A stretch of DNA of 64,000 nt from Acidimicrobiales bacterium (GTDB taxonomy: Bacteria; Actinomycetota; Acidimicrobiia; Acidimicrobiales; Bog-793). Made by a program: the position numbers and the translations under genes. Shown here in pieces: positions 7,664 to 16,561 of this stretch. Within the stretch, counting starts at the first letter, position 1; the number at the start of each line of letters is the position of its first letter. The stretch is from positions 65,889 to 129,888 of the forward strand of contig JBEKGS010000006.1 of the NCBI GenBank assembly GCA_050012675.1. Reading direction: 5' to 3'. The notes beneath the pieces were generated by a model. The model made no database searches and had not been told where the DNA came from. It saw only the letters and a list, made by a program, of their open reading frames with translations.

Positions 7664-9088
7664 GTGGACAGCTCCTCGCGATGGGCTCGCCTCACCCGGC
7701 TCCTGCGCAGCGCCGTCCGCGACCTGTTCGACCAGTCGCAGCCCTTCGGAAGGCTCGCGCTCGTCCACACCGTCTTCTCGATGGGCACGACGCTTGTCAC
7801 CATCTCGCTTGCCGGGACGCTGTTCTTCACCATCTCGCCGGAAGCCGCCAAAGGCAAGGTCGTGCTCTACTTGTTGCTCACCATCACGCCGTTCGTGGTC
7901 GTCGCGCCGGCGCTGAGCCCTCTTCTCGACCGGGGCAGGTACGCGCGGCGTACCTCGATGGCGGTCGCATCGGTGGGCAGTGCCGTCCTGGTCCTCTTGA
8001 TGGCAGGCGACATCAAAGGCTTGCTCCTGTTCCCCGAGGCTTTCGGCGTACTCGTGCTCTCCAAGCTGTACCTGGTCGCCAAGGCGGCGTTGGTGCCGTC
8101 GATGACAGAGACGGAGGACGACCTCGCCAGCGCGAACGCAAAGCTCGCGGTCCTCGCCACTCTCGCGGGCTTCGTGGCTTCTCCTATTGCCGTGGGACTC
8201 CTGCAGCTCGGGGCGCCCTGGGTGCTGCGGCTGGGCTTTGTCGTCTTCCTTCTCGGAGGGGTGGCGGCCGTGCGGCTCCCCAAGACCGCCGACGCCGTCC
8301 TCACCAAGCCCGCGGCCGCGACCCCCGACGGCCGTCCCATCTTGGGGCCGCCCGCCCCCGACATTGGGCGCAAACAAGCGGGGGCGGCGGGCCGCCCCCT
8401 CTACGAGCGGCCGCCCACCGCCAATCGGGAGCGCCAGGCGCGGATCAACGTCGCTCGCGAGCGCCAGCGGCTCGGGCTGCCGCTTTATGTCCCAGAGGTG
8501 GTGCTGTCGCTCACGGCGATGTCGGTGATCAGGGGATCGGTCGGCTTTCTCACCTTCTTCCTGGCCTTTGCCCTGCGTCATCTGCACGCGTCGACGTGGT
8601 GGTTCGGTTTCGTGCTCCTGGCGAGCGCCGTAGGTTCACTGCTCGGGTCGCTGCTCGTGCCCGTGCTGCGCAAGTACCTGTCCGAGCAACAGCTGATCCT
8701 CTACTCGCTCGTGCTGTCCGCCTTCGTCGGGGTCGTGGTCGCGGTCCTTGGCTCACTGTGGGCTCAGGCGCTGCTCACGCTCGCGATCGGTTTTGCGACC
8801 ACAGCCGCCAAGCCGTCGTTCGACTCGATCGCCCAGCGGAACGTGCCCCCGGCACTATTGGGGCGCGCCTTCGCGAGGTTCGAGACACAGCTGCAGCTGG
8901 TCTGGGTGCTCTGTGCCCTCTTGGCCGTCGCAGTCGGCTTTTCCCTTCAGGCGGGCGACGTCCTCATAGGCGTGACCTGTGCGGTGGCGGCTGGCTTTCA
9001 TGTCTCTATGCGCCGTGCCGTGCTTGAGAGCCGTCTCACCGAGCGTCGGGCGAACGGCGCGGAACTGCCGGGCACGCCCCTCAACTAG
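7664..9088 (+). CDS. MFS-type transporter with large central loop
   Basis: 474 aa with multiple hydrophobic helices in two bundles. They are separated by a Pro/Arg-rich loop (PAAATPDGRPILGPPAPDIGRKQAG...RERQRLGLP). Confidence 0.75.
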   Translation: MDSSSRWARLTRLLRSAVRDLFDQSQPFGRLALVHTVFSMGTTLVTISLAGTLFFTISPEAAKGKVVLYLLLTITPFVVVAPALSPLLDRGRYARRTSMAVASVGSAVLVLLMAGDIKGLLLFPEAFGVLVLSKLYLVAKAALVPSMTETEDDLASANAKLAVLATLAGFVASPIAVGLLQLGAPWVLRLGFVVFLLGGVAAVRLPKTADAVLTKPAAATPDGRPILGPPAPDIGRKQAGAAGRPLYERPPTANRERQARINVARERQRLGLPLYVPEVVLSLTAMSVIRGSVGFLTFFLAFALRHLHASTWWFGFVLLASAVGSLLGSLLVPVLRKYLSEQQLILYSLVLSAFVGVVVAVLGSLWAQALLTLAIGFATTAAKPSFDSIAQRNVPPALLGRAFARFETQLQLVWVLCALLAVAVGFSLQAGDVLIGVTCAVAAGFHVSMRRAVLESRLTERRANGAELPGTPLN

Positions 9089-9155
9089 CCGCCTCCCCTT
9101 TTCGCGACTCGCCCTAATCCGCACCGGCACCCTGTGCCGTATTCATGGCAAGAGG

Positions 9156-9176
9156 CTCCCGGGACTGGCCCGGGAG
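9156..9176 (+). terminator. Hairpin downstream of the MFS gene
   Basis: CTCCCGGG-ACTGG-CCCGGGAG. A perfect 8-bp stem 68 nt after the MFS stop, with no U-tract. Confidence 0.35.
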
Positions 9177-9257
9177 AGCCGCAGCGCTGGCGTGGCGAAG
9201 TGATATGTCCCCGTCACGGTGCGGGCGTAGGCCTCTTTCGACAAGGGGGGCAGCCTG

Positions 9258-9548
9258 ATGGAGAGCATCACCCGACGGACGTTTCTCAAGCGGGGAGGGA
9301 CCGGCATCGCAGCTGCGGGCATCCTTGCCGCGGTTCCGGCGTTTCCCAAACTCGCCTCGGGGTCACAGAGACCCGCGACGGTTCACAGCGTCGGCGTCGC
9401 CGCGCCGCAAGGGCGCCCCGCCACCGGGCCGCTCGTCGTGCACATCCCGGACCCGCGCAGCGGTGAGGTCCACCTGATGGTCGGGACCCGGGAAGTGGTC
9501 ACCCGGGACTCGGCTCTTGTAGCGCGGCTCTTGCGCGCGGCGGGCTGA
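9258..9548 (+). CDS. Small protein with twin-arginine (Tat) signal peptide
   Basis: 96 aa. TRRTFLK matches the Tat consensus S/T-R-R-x-F-L-K exactly. It is followed by the h-region GIAAAGILAAVPAFP and LASG. SD AAGGGGGG lies upstream of the ATG. Confidence 0.6.
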   Translation: MESITRRTFLKRGGTGIAAAGILAAVPAFPKLASGSQRPATVHSVGVAAPQGRPATGPLVVHIPDPRSGEVHLMVGTREVVTRDSALVARLLRAAG

Positions 9549-9639
9549 GAAAGACCGCCAGAGCGCACCGAGCCAGAGCACCGCCGCAGGCGAGCTCTTA
9601 CCACCCGATCCCAGACAAACCAGTGAGGTGTAAGAAACG

Positions 9640-11079
9640 ATGTCATCCCACCGAGAGGCTCCCGAGATCTCAAAGGACCCCGTGGCAGACAGCGCGGACC
9701 TTTACGCATTCGTCAGCCCGGACAACCCGGCGACCGTAACGATCATCGCCAACTACGTTCCCCTCCAGCAGCCGGCAGGAGGCCCGAACTTCTACGAGTT
9801 CGGCGACGACGTCCTCTATGAGATCCACGTAGACAACGACGGCGACGCCAGCGCCGACATCACCTATCAGTTCCGGTTCAACACGGTGCTCACCAACACC
9901 GGTGCGCACGATCTCTTCCTCTACAACACGGGCCAGATCAGTCACCTGAGTGACAAGACATGGAACCGCAAGCAGTTCTATTCAGTCACCCGCGTTGACG
10001 ACAAGGGCACGCACCTTGTGGCAAAGGACCTCGCCTGCCCGCCGTGCAACGTCGGCAAGAACTCGATCCCCGACTACGCTGGCTTGACCGCCGAGGCGGT
10101 CCACCAGCTCGCTTTGGGCACCTACGTCTTCGCCGGCCAACGCGCCGACGGCTTTTACGTAGACCTCGGGTCGATCTTCGACCTCGGCGATCTCCGGCCC
10201 TTCCAGCCGGATTTCCTGCTCAAGGGATCGGCCGTGGCGGGCATCAACACCCTCGCCGGGCTGAACGTCCACAGCATCGCCATCCAGGTCCCGATCAAAG
10301 ATCTCACCCGCGACGGATCAAGGCCCACCTCTTACACAGCTGCCGCTTCGACGATCGGGGTCTGGACGACCGCCAGCCGCCAGAAGACCCTCATCTACGG
10401 CCAGGAAGTCACCCACGCGGGACCGTGGACCCAGATCTCGCGCCTCGGCAATCCGCTCATCAACGAGGTCATCATCCCTATGGGTGTGAAGGACTACTGG
10501 AACACCCAGGCCCCGAGAGGCGACGCAGCCTTCTCCGGCTACTACGATCACCCGACGCTGGCGGCGCTGCTCAACGTCTTGTACCCAGGAGCGTTCCCGA
10601 GTCTCGCCGCCTATACCGCCGACCCCTCCAACACCCGGCCCGACCTCGACGCCGTGCTTTTGACGGGCGTGCCGGCCGGGCTCTTTTCGGGGTTCCAGAA
10701 CAACACGGGCACCACCAAGGCGGACATGCTGCGGCTCAACGTCGCCATCAAGCCGACGGCGACGGCGAACGCGGCCATCCTCGGTGTCGTAGGCGGCGAC
10801 AACGCCGGGTTCCCCAACGGCCGGCGCGTGTTCGACGATGTCGTGAGCATCGAGCTCAAGGCCGTGGCCGGTGCGCTGCTCGGCGACGTCGTGAAGTCGT
10901 TCAAGCCGGACGCGGCTGCCGGGGCGCTCTACGACGTCGGCGGCACCGCGTCGGAGCCGGCCAGCGTCGCCAGCTTGAGCGCCTTCGGTCTTGAGTACCG
11001 GGAGTCCTTCCCGTACCTGGGCGACCCGTGGGACGGCTTCGACAACCCGTCGGCGCAGAACCTCCCCGTAGCCGGCTGA
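9640..11079 (+). CDS. DUF4331 family protein, no signal peptide
   Basis: 479 aa. The N-terminus MSSHREAPEISKDPVADSADLYAFVSPDNPATVTIIANYVPLQQPAGGPNFYEFGDDVLYEIHVDNDGD matches the DUF4331 signature as I remember it. An in-frame stop (TAA 9631) lies three codons upstream of the ATG, so no leader is possible. Confidence 0.8.
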   Translation: MSSHREAPEISKDPVADSADLYAFVSPDNPATVTIIANYVPLQQPAGGPNFYEFGDDVLYEIHVDNDGDASADITYQFRFNTVLTNTGAHDLFLYNTGQISHLSDKTWNRKQFYSVTRVDDKGTHLVAKDLACPPCNVGKNSIPDYAGLTAEAVHQLALGTYVFAGQRADGFYVDLGSIFDLGDLRPFQPDFLLKGSAVAGINTLAGLNVHSIAIQVPIKDLTRDGSRPTSYTAAASTIGVWTTASRQKTLIYGQEVTHAGPWTQISRLGNPLINEVIIPMGVKDYWNTQAPRGDAAFSGYYDHPTLAALLNVLYPGAFPSLAAYTADPSNTRPDLDAVLLTGVPAGLFSGFQNNTGTTKADMLRLNVAIKPTATANAAILGVVGGDNAGFPNGRRVFDDVVSIELKAVAGALLGDVVKSFKPDAAAGALYDVGGTASEPASVASLSAFGLEYRESFPYLGDPWDGFDNPSAQNLPVAG

Positions 11080-11083
11080 CGAG

Positions 11084-11491
11084 GTGGCGGGGACGGGGGA
11101 GGCTGCGCCGGTGGCACGAGAGGGCCACTGCCATGATGGCGCAGCCCCCCACACTCACATGGGCGAGGGTTCGACGGCCGGGGAGGCGGCCCGGCCGAGC
11201 GGACCGAGCCGGGCGGTTATGGTCGACGTCGGCGAGCATCACGGAGCGCTCGTGGTCAGTGCGCCCGCTTCGTGCGAAGGTCTCGAGGTCGAGATCCATC
11301 CGGTGTCGGAGCCGTCCAGGCGCACGCACGTGTGGGTGCTGGCGCGCGAGGGACGAGATGCCACGGTCTACGCAGCTGTGTTCCCGAGCCTTCGCACCGG
11401 CGACTACGTGGTGCTCGCCCCGGACGGCTCGACCGCGACGGTCGTCACGGTGCCGCCCAACATGGTGACGAACGCCCGCTTGTCCTCCTAG
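11084..11491 (+). CDS. Small His-rich hypothetical protein
   Basis: 135 aa. His/Cys-rich N-terminus (EGHCHDGAAPHTHMGEG) followed by a compact domain (VMVDVGEHHGALVVSAP...EVEIHPV...RTHVWVL...YAAVFPSLRTGDYVV). It starts 5 nt after the DUF4331 stop. The start is uncertain. Confidence 0.5.
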   Translation: MAGTGEAAPVAREGHCHDGAAPHTHMGEGSTAGEAARPSGPSRAVMVDVGEHHGALVVSAPASCEGLEVEIHPVSEPSRRTHVWVLAREGRDATVYAAVFPSLRTGDYVVLAPDGSTATVVTVPPNMVTNARLSS

Positions 11492-11512
11492 ACGACAGTG
11501 CTGCGGTGGTTC

Positions 11513-13303
11513 TCAGGCCAGGCGCAGGCGCAGCGCCTCGGCCTGTTCAAAGACGGCAGCCGGCAGCCGGCTGCCGAATTGGGAGAAGTAATCCACGATG
11601 GGGGGCAGCTCCGCCCTCCACTCGTCCCGGTCGACCCGCAGCAGATCGGCCATGTCCTCGTCTTTGATGTCGAGGCCTTCGGTGTCGATGGCCCCGGGCG
11701 CCGGGAGGTAGCCGATGGGCGTCTCGACGGCACCGCCCCGGCCGGCGCAGCGCTCGAACACCCACTCGAGCACGCGGGAGTTGTCGCCGAATCCGGGCCA
11801 GAGATAGCGCCCGTCGGTGGACTTGCGGAACCAGTTGACATAGAAGACACGGGGCAGGTTCGCCGTGTCCATCCGGTTCTCGAACGAAAGCCAGTGCGCC
11901 CAGTAGTCGGCCATGTTGTAGCCGCAGAAGGGCAGCATCGCGAACGGGTCGCGCCGCAGCTCACCGACGGCGCCAGTGGCTGCGGCCGTCGTCTCCGAGG
12001 CCATGATCGATCCGAGGAACACGCCGTGTGCCCAGTCGAAAGCCTCGTGGACGAGCGGGATCACGGCCGCCCGCCTGCCGCCGAACAAGATGGCTGAGAT
12101 CGGCACACCTTCGGGGTCCTCCCACTCCTCGGCGATCGCCGGGTCCTGGCTGGCGGGAGCGGTGAAGCGTGAGTTCGGGTGCGCGGCGGGCTTGGCGGTC
12201 CGAGGTGTCCAGTCGTTGCCCCGCCAGTCGGTCAAGTGGGCGGGCGGTTCCTCGGTGAGCCCCTCCCACCAGATGTCGCCGTCGTCGGTGAGCGCCGTGT
12301 TGGTGAATATGCAATTGGCGGACAGCGTGAGCACGGCGTTCGGGTTGGTCCTCATGTTGGTGCCGGGGGCCACGCCGAAGAAGCCGGCCTCCGGATTGAT
12401 CGCCCGGAGCATCCCGTCCGGTCCGATCTTCATCCAGCAGATGTCGTCGCCGACCGTCTGAACCTTCCAGCCCGGCATCGTCGGGACCAGCATGGCGAGA
12501 TTCGTCTTCCCACAGGCGGAAGGGAAGGCCCCGGCCACATAGCGCACCTCACCGGCCGGGGACGTCAGTTTCAAGATCAGCATGTGCTCTGCGAGCCAGC
12601 CCTCGTCGCGCCCGATCACCGAGGCGATCCGCAGCGCGAAGCACTTCTTGCCCAACAGGGCATTGCCCCCGTAGCCGGAGCCGAACGACCAGATCTCCCG
12701 TGTCTCGGGGAAGTGGCTGATGTAGATCTGCTCTGTGTGACACGGCCAAGGGACGTCACCTTGGCCAGGCTCGAGCGGAGCTCCCACCGAGTGGAGGCAC
12801 CGCACGAATTCACCCTCGTCGCCGATCACCTCGAGCACTCCGGCGCCCATCCTCGTCATGATGCGCATGTTCACGACCACGTACGGCGAGTCGGTGATCT
12901 CGACGCCGACGTGCGAGATCGACGATCCGAGAGGGCCCATGGAAAAAGGCACCACGTACATGGTCCGGCCTCTCATCGCCCCTTGGAACAGGCCGGTCAA
13001 GGTGGCGCGCATCTCGCCGGGGTCCATCCAGTTGTTCGTGGGGCCCGCATCTTCGGGATCGCTCGGGCACACGAACGTGCGGCTCTCGACGCGTGCCACG
13101 TCAGCCGGGTCCGAGCGTGCCCAGTAGCTGTTCGGGCGCTTCGCCTCCGACAGCTTGGTGAACGTGCCCCGGTCCACCAGCAGGCGGCACAGCCGGTCGT
13201 ACTCGTCTGGCGAACCGTCGCACCACTCGACCCGGTCGGGCTGAGTGAGCGCCGCGACGTCTTCGACCCAGTCCAGAAGTTTGCGGTTCCGAGTCTCTGC
13301 CAT
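11513..13303 (-). CDS. pckG: Phosphoenolpyruvate carboxykinase (GTP)
   Basis: ORF 11513..13360. The start is taken at ATG 13303 ([16 protein letters not shown]...). Contains the GTP-PEPCK P-loop [13 protein letters not shown], and the length and sequence are typical. Confidence 0.95.
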   Translation of the reverse strand: MAETRNRKLLDWVEDVAALTQPDRVEWCDGSPDEYDRLCRLLVDRGTFTKLSEAKRPNSYWARSDPADVARVESRTFVCPSDPEDAGPTNNWMDPGEMRATLTGLFQGAMRGRTMYVVPFSMGPLGSSISHVGVEITDSPYVVVNMRIMTRMGAGVLEVIGDEGEFVRCLHSVGAPLEPGQGDVPWPCHTEQIYISHFPETREIWSFGSGYGGNALLGKKCFALRIASVIGRDEGWLAEHMLILKLTSPAGEVRYVAGAFPSACGKTNLAMLVPTMPGWKVQTVGDDICWMKIGPDGMLRAINPEAGFFGVAPGTNMRTNPNAVLTLSANCIFTNTALTDDGDIWWEGLTEEPPAHLTDWRGNDWTPRTAKPAAHPNSRFTAPASQDPAIAEEWEDPEGVPISAILFGGRRAAVIPLVHEAFDWAHGVFLGSIMASETTAAATGAVGELRRDPFAMLPFCGYNMADYWAHWLSFENRMDTANLPRVFYVNWFRKSTDGRYLWPGFGDNSRVLEWVFERCAGRGGAVETPIGYLPAPGAIDTEGLDIKDEDMADLLRVDRDEWRAELPPIVDYFSQFGSRLPAAVFEQAEALRLRLA

Positions 13304-13402
13304 TGAGCGATCGTAGACGAGCTTACTTTGGGCTCCCAATTCGCCCTGACGGGCGCGCACTGGCAGGTAAGAGGTCGGATCTTGGAGGTAGCGTCCGCAG
13401 TT

Positions 13403-14380
13403 GTGTCAGGTAGAGACGGAGAAATCGCCGCCATCGAAACCATCCGGCGAGGCTTGCGCCAGCCACCGCAAGGCGAGATCTGGATCGGTGATGACGCCGC
13501 CGTGGTCGCCGGGCCGGCGGGCAAGCACCTTCTTCTTGCGGCCGACGCCGTGGTCGAGGGCGTGCACTTCGAGCTGGACCTCCTCGACGTGTCCGATGTG
13601 GGCTGGAAGGCCCTGGCCGTGAACGTGAGCGACATCGCCGCCATGGGCGGCAGACCGCTGCACGCCCTCGTCACAGTCGTGGGGGCGGGCGCGGACATGA
13701 TCGAGGGACTTGTTCGAGGACTCGCAGAGGCGGCCGATGCCTACGGGTGCGCCATCGTGGGAGGCGACCTGTCTTCGGGTGAACGCCTGGTCGTCTCCGT
13801 CGCCATCACCGGTAGCGCGGGGGACGAGGAGGCGGTCCTTCGTTCGGGTGCCCGTGCCGGGGACGCCTTGTTCGTCACCGGGCCCCTGGGCAGCTCGGCG
13901 GCCGGGCTGAGGATCCTGCGCAGTGAGAGGGATCGTGGCGCGCCGGGGCCGGCAGGGGTCACGCCGGCGACACCGCGAGACGGAGGCGACCCGTCAGCCG
14001 TGCTCGTCGCCGCCTATCGCCGCCCCGTCGCGCGCGTGGCCGAGGGACTGGCGGCGGCGGCCGGCGGGGCGACGGCGATGATCGACGTCTCTGACGGGCT
14101 GGGGATCGATCTCGACCGTCTGGCGACCGCTTCGGGCATAGGCGTCGTGCTGGACGCGGTCCCGACCGCAACGGGGGCGACGCGCGAGGAAGCGCTCGCC
14201 GGAGGAGAGGACTATGAGCTGGTCTTCGCCGCCCGAGACCCCGCCAGGGTCGCCAGCAGCTTTGAGGCCGCGGGCCTGCGGGCACCCGTCCGCATCGGTG
14301 AGTGCGTCCGCGACCCAGCGCTGCGCCTCATCGGAGCCGAATTGCTTCCCGCCTCAGGTTGGGAACATCGCCTGAGCTGA
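13403..14380 (+). CDS. thiL: Thiamine-monophosphate kinase
   Basis: ORF 13328..14380. [21 protein letters not shown]...DAVVEGVHF...[17 protein letters not shown]...VGGDLS is the ThiL/AIR-synthase-like pattern. Start is GTG 13403 or TTG 13382. Confidence 0.85.
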   Translation: MSGRDGEIAAIETIRRGLRQPPQGEIWIGDDAAVVAGPAGKHLLLAADAVVEGVHFELDLLDVSDVGWKALAVNVSDIAAMGGRPLHALVTVVGAGADMIEGLVRGLAEAADAYGCAIVGGDLSSGERLVVSVAITGSAGDEEAVLRSGARAGDALFVTGPLGSSAAGLRILRSERDRGAPGPAGVTPATPRDGGDPSAVLVAAYRRPVARVAEGLAAAAGGATAMIDVSDGLGIDLDRLATASGIGVVLDAVPTATGATREEALAGGEDYELVFAARDPARVASSFEAAGLRAPVRIGECVRDPALRLIGAELLPASGWEHRLS

Positions 14381-14414
14381 GCGGGGGCCCGAGCAGCTCG
14401 GGCTCACCCGCTTT
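14381..14414. terminator. Hairpin between convergent thiL and rpmB
   Basis: GCGGG-G-GCCCGAG-CAG-CTCGGGC-TCA-CCCGC followed by TTT. The 7-bp inner and 5-bp outer stems begin immediately after the thiL stop. Confidence 0.5.
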
Positions 14415-14415
14415 G

Positions 14416-14634
14416 TCAGGCCGTGGGCCCGGCGAAGATCCGCCGCGGCGGCTTTACGACCCGGCCGGCGCGGATGCACGAGGTGCACACGTTGAGATGG
14501 GTCGGGGTTCCGTTCACGAGCGCGCGGACGCGCTGGATGTTCGGGTCCCAACGGCGCTTCGTGCGCCGGTGGGAGTGGGACACGTTCATCCCGAAGCCCG
14601 GGTGTTTCCCACAGATCTCACATACGGCTGCCAC
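14416..14634 (-). CDS. rpmB: 50S ribosomal protein L28 (Zn-ribbon, C+ type)
   Basis: 72 aa. [42 protein letters not shown]...CTSCIRAG. Confidence 0.9.
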   Translation of the reverse strand: MAAVCEICGKHPGFGMNVSHSHRRTKRRWDPNIQRVRALVNGTPTHLNVCTSCIRAGRVVKPPRRIFAGPTA

Positions 14635-14740
14635 GTCGACGCGTTCCTCGAGAGAGAGTTCCTACAAATGGACGAGGTCTGACGTTAGCATCCATTGGAA
14701 TGGCGCCGTGCGAAACTGACCCGCGACCACCTGTGGCGCC

Positions 14741-16561
14741 ATGTCGCGCAACGAACCGGTGACCGCTCCACGTGCCGAGGCCGATGCCAACGCAGGTCTG
14801 ACTCCAGAGCACCTCGTCATGGTGATGCGCGCCTTCTCCGAGGGCCTGGAGCTTCACCGGGGCGTCGTGAACCGCCTGAACGTCTACCCGGTCCCCGACG
14901 GTGACACGGGCACGAACATGGCCCTCACAGTCGAGAGCGTCGTCAAGGCGCTGGACGGGCTGGACCTGTCCGCCGCCGACGGCGACGCCATGGGGGCTGC
15001 CTGCCGGGCGATCGCGAGCGGGTCGCTCATGGGGGCACGGGGCAACTCCGGTGTCATCCTCTGCCAGATCCTGCGCGGCATCTCGGGCACGTTCGCACCC
15101 TGCCGGGTCGTGAGGGCGCACGAGGCGGCGGTCGCCCTGTCAGAGGGCAGTGCCGCCGCGCGGGCAGGAGTCTTGCGCCCGGTCGAAGGAACGATGCTCA
15201 CCGTCGCCGCCGACGCCGCGCAAGCCGCGCGCGAGGTCGACGAACACGGTGGCGGGGACCTGCTCGGGGTATTCGAGGCGGCGCGGCGCGCCGCTGTCTC
15301 CTCGCTCTGGCGCACTCCCGACCTGTTGCCGGTGCTCGCACAGGCCGGTGTGGTCGACGCGGGCGGAGCTGGGCTCGTCCTCTTGTACGACGCCTTCTTG
15401 CACGTGATCGACGCCCGGCCCATCGCCGAGGAGCTTCCGCTTCCTCCCGAGGTCGCCGAGAAGATCGCCGGCGGCTTTCAGGCCGACCGCCCCGCACAGC
15501 GGGCGGCCAGCTTCGCCGGCGCGGGCCGCGGCACCGGCGCGCAGGGATCGTCCGATCACGATGGCCAGTCCGCCCGGCCCCTGGCCGGCGGGAACGGGGA
15601 GGGTCTGCCAGGACCCCGATACGAGGTCATGTACTTCCTCGAGGCTCCCGACGACACCCTTGGGGCCTTCAAGAGCGTCTGGGCCGGCATCGGCGACTCG
15701 ATCGTCGTCGTCGGTGGTGACGGACTGTGGAATTGCCACATTCACACCGACGACATCGGGGCAGCGGTCGAGGCCGCGCTCGACGTGGGCCGCCCACGCG
15801 ACATACGGGTCACCGATCTGCTCGACCAGGTCGAGGAGGAGTCGTGGGTGCGCCACGCGGCCGAGCTCGACGGCGAGGCTCCCCCGGGCATCGACGAGCC
15901 CGCACCGGTGACCTCGGTGGTCGCTGTCGCGACGGGCGACGGGATCCGCCGCATCTTCTATTCGCTCGGAGTCCACCACATCGTCGCCGGCGGCCAGTCG
16001 ATGAACCCCTCCACGGCCCAGATCCTCGAGGTCGTCGACTCCGTCCCCGGCTCAGAGGTGGTGATCCTCCCCAACAACAAGAACATCGTGCCCGTGGCCG
16101 AACAGGCTTGCGAGATATCGACCAAGCCGGCATTCGTCGTCAACACCGCCGGCATACAGGAGGGGTTCGCGGCACTTCTCGAGTACGACCCCCAGGCCAC
16201 GGCCGAGGAGAACGCTTGTGTCATGCAGGCGGCCGCCGCCAGGGTGCGCGCCGGGGAGGTCACCCGGGCCGTGCGGGCCAGCGACTCGGCGGCAGGCGCC
16301 ATAGAAGCGGGGGACTGGATCGGCCTGTCGCGAAGCGGGATCGAGTCGGTGGCGGGGACGCTCGCGGAGGCGACCTGCGGCCTGCTCGCCAAACTGCTCG
16401 ACGACGGCGGCGAGATAGTGACCCTGATCGAGGGCGCGGGGGCGACCGCCGCCGACACGAGGCGGGTCACCGAGTGGCTGCACGAGAACCGGCCCGGGAT
16501 CGCCCTCGAGCTGCACCACGGGGGCCAGCCGCTGTACCCCTACTTCGTCTCGGTCGAATGA
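14741..16561 (+). CDS. yloV: DAK2 domain fusion protein (YloV family)
   Basis: 606 aa. Dak2 motif NVYPVPDGDTGTNMALT, with the conserved position upstream of recG and opposite rpmB. Confidence 0.85.
   Translation: MSRNEPVTAPRAEADANAGLTPEHLVMVMRAFSEGLELHRGVVNRLNVYPVPDGDTGTNMALTVESVVKALDGLDLSAADGDAMGAACRAIASGSLMGARGNSGVILCQILRGISGTFAPCRVVRAHEAAVALSEGSAAARAGVLRPVEGTMLTVAADAAQAAREVDEHGGGDLLGVFEAARRAAVSSLWRTPDLLPVLAQAGVVDAGGAGLVLLYDAFLHVIDARPIAEELPLPPEVAEKIAGGFQADRPAQRAASFAGAGRGTGAQGSSDHDGQSARPLAGGNGEGLPGPRYEVMYFLEAPDDTLGAFKSVWAGIGDSIVVVGGDGLWNCHIHTDDIGAAVEAALDVGRPRDIRVTDLLDQVEEESWVRHAAELDGEAPPGIDEPAPVTSVVAVATGDGIRRIFYSLGVHHIVAGGQSMNPSTAQILEVVDSVPGSEVVILPNNKNIVPVAEQACEISTKPAFVVNTAGIQEGFAALLEYDPQATAEENACVMQAAAARVRAGEVTRAVRASDSAAGAIEAGDWIGLSRSGIESVAGTLAEATCGLLAKLLDDGGEIVTLIEGAGATAADTRRVTEWLHENRPGIALELHHGGQPLYPYFVSVE

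Noticed and set aside
15727-16557. The N-terminal 277 codons of the 1056-aa ORF that contains RecG.
   Set aside because: This part overlaps the well-supported yloV gene in another frame and is Arg/Gly/Pro junk. RecG homology begins at ATG 16558, which overlaps the yloV stop.
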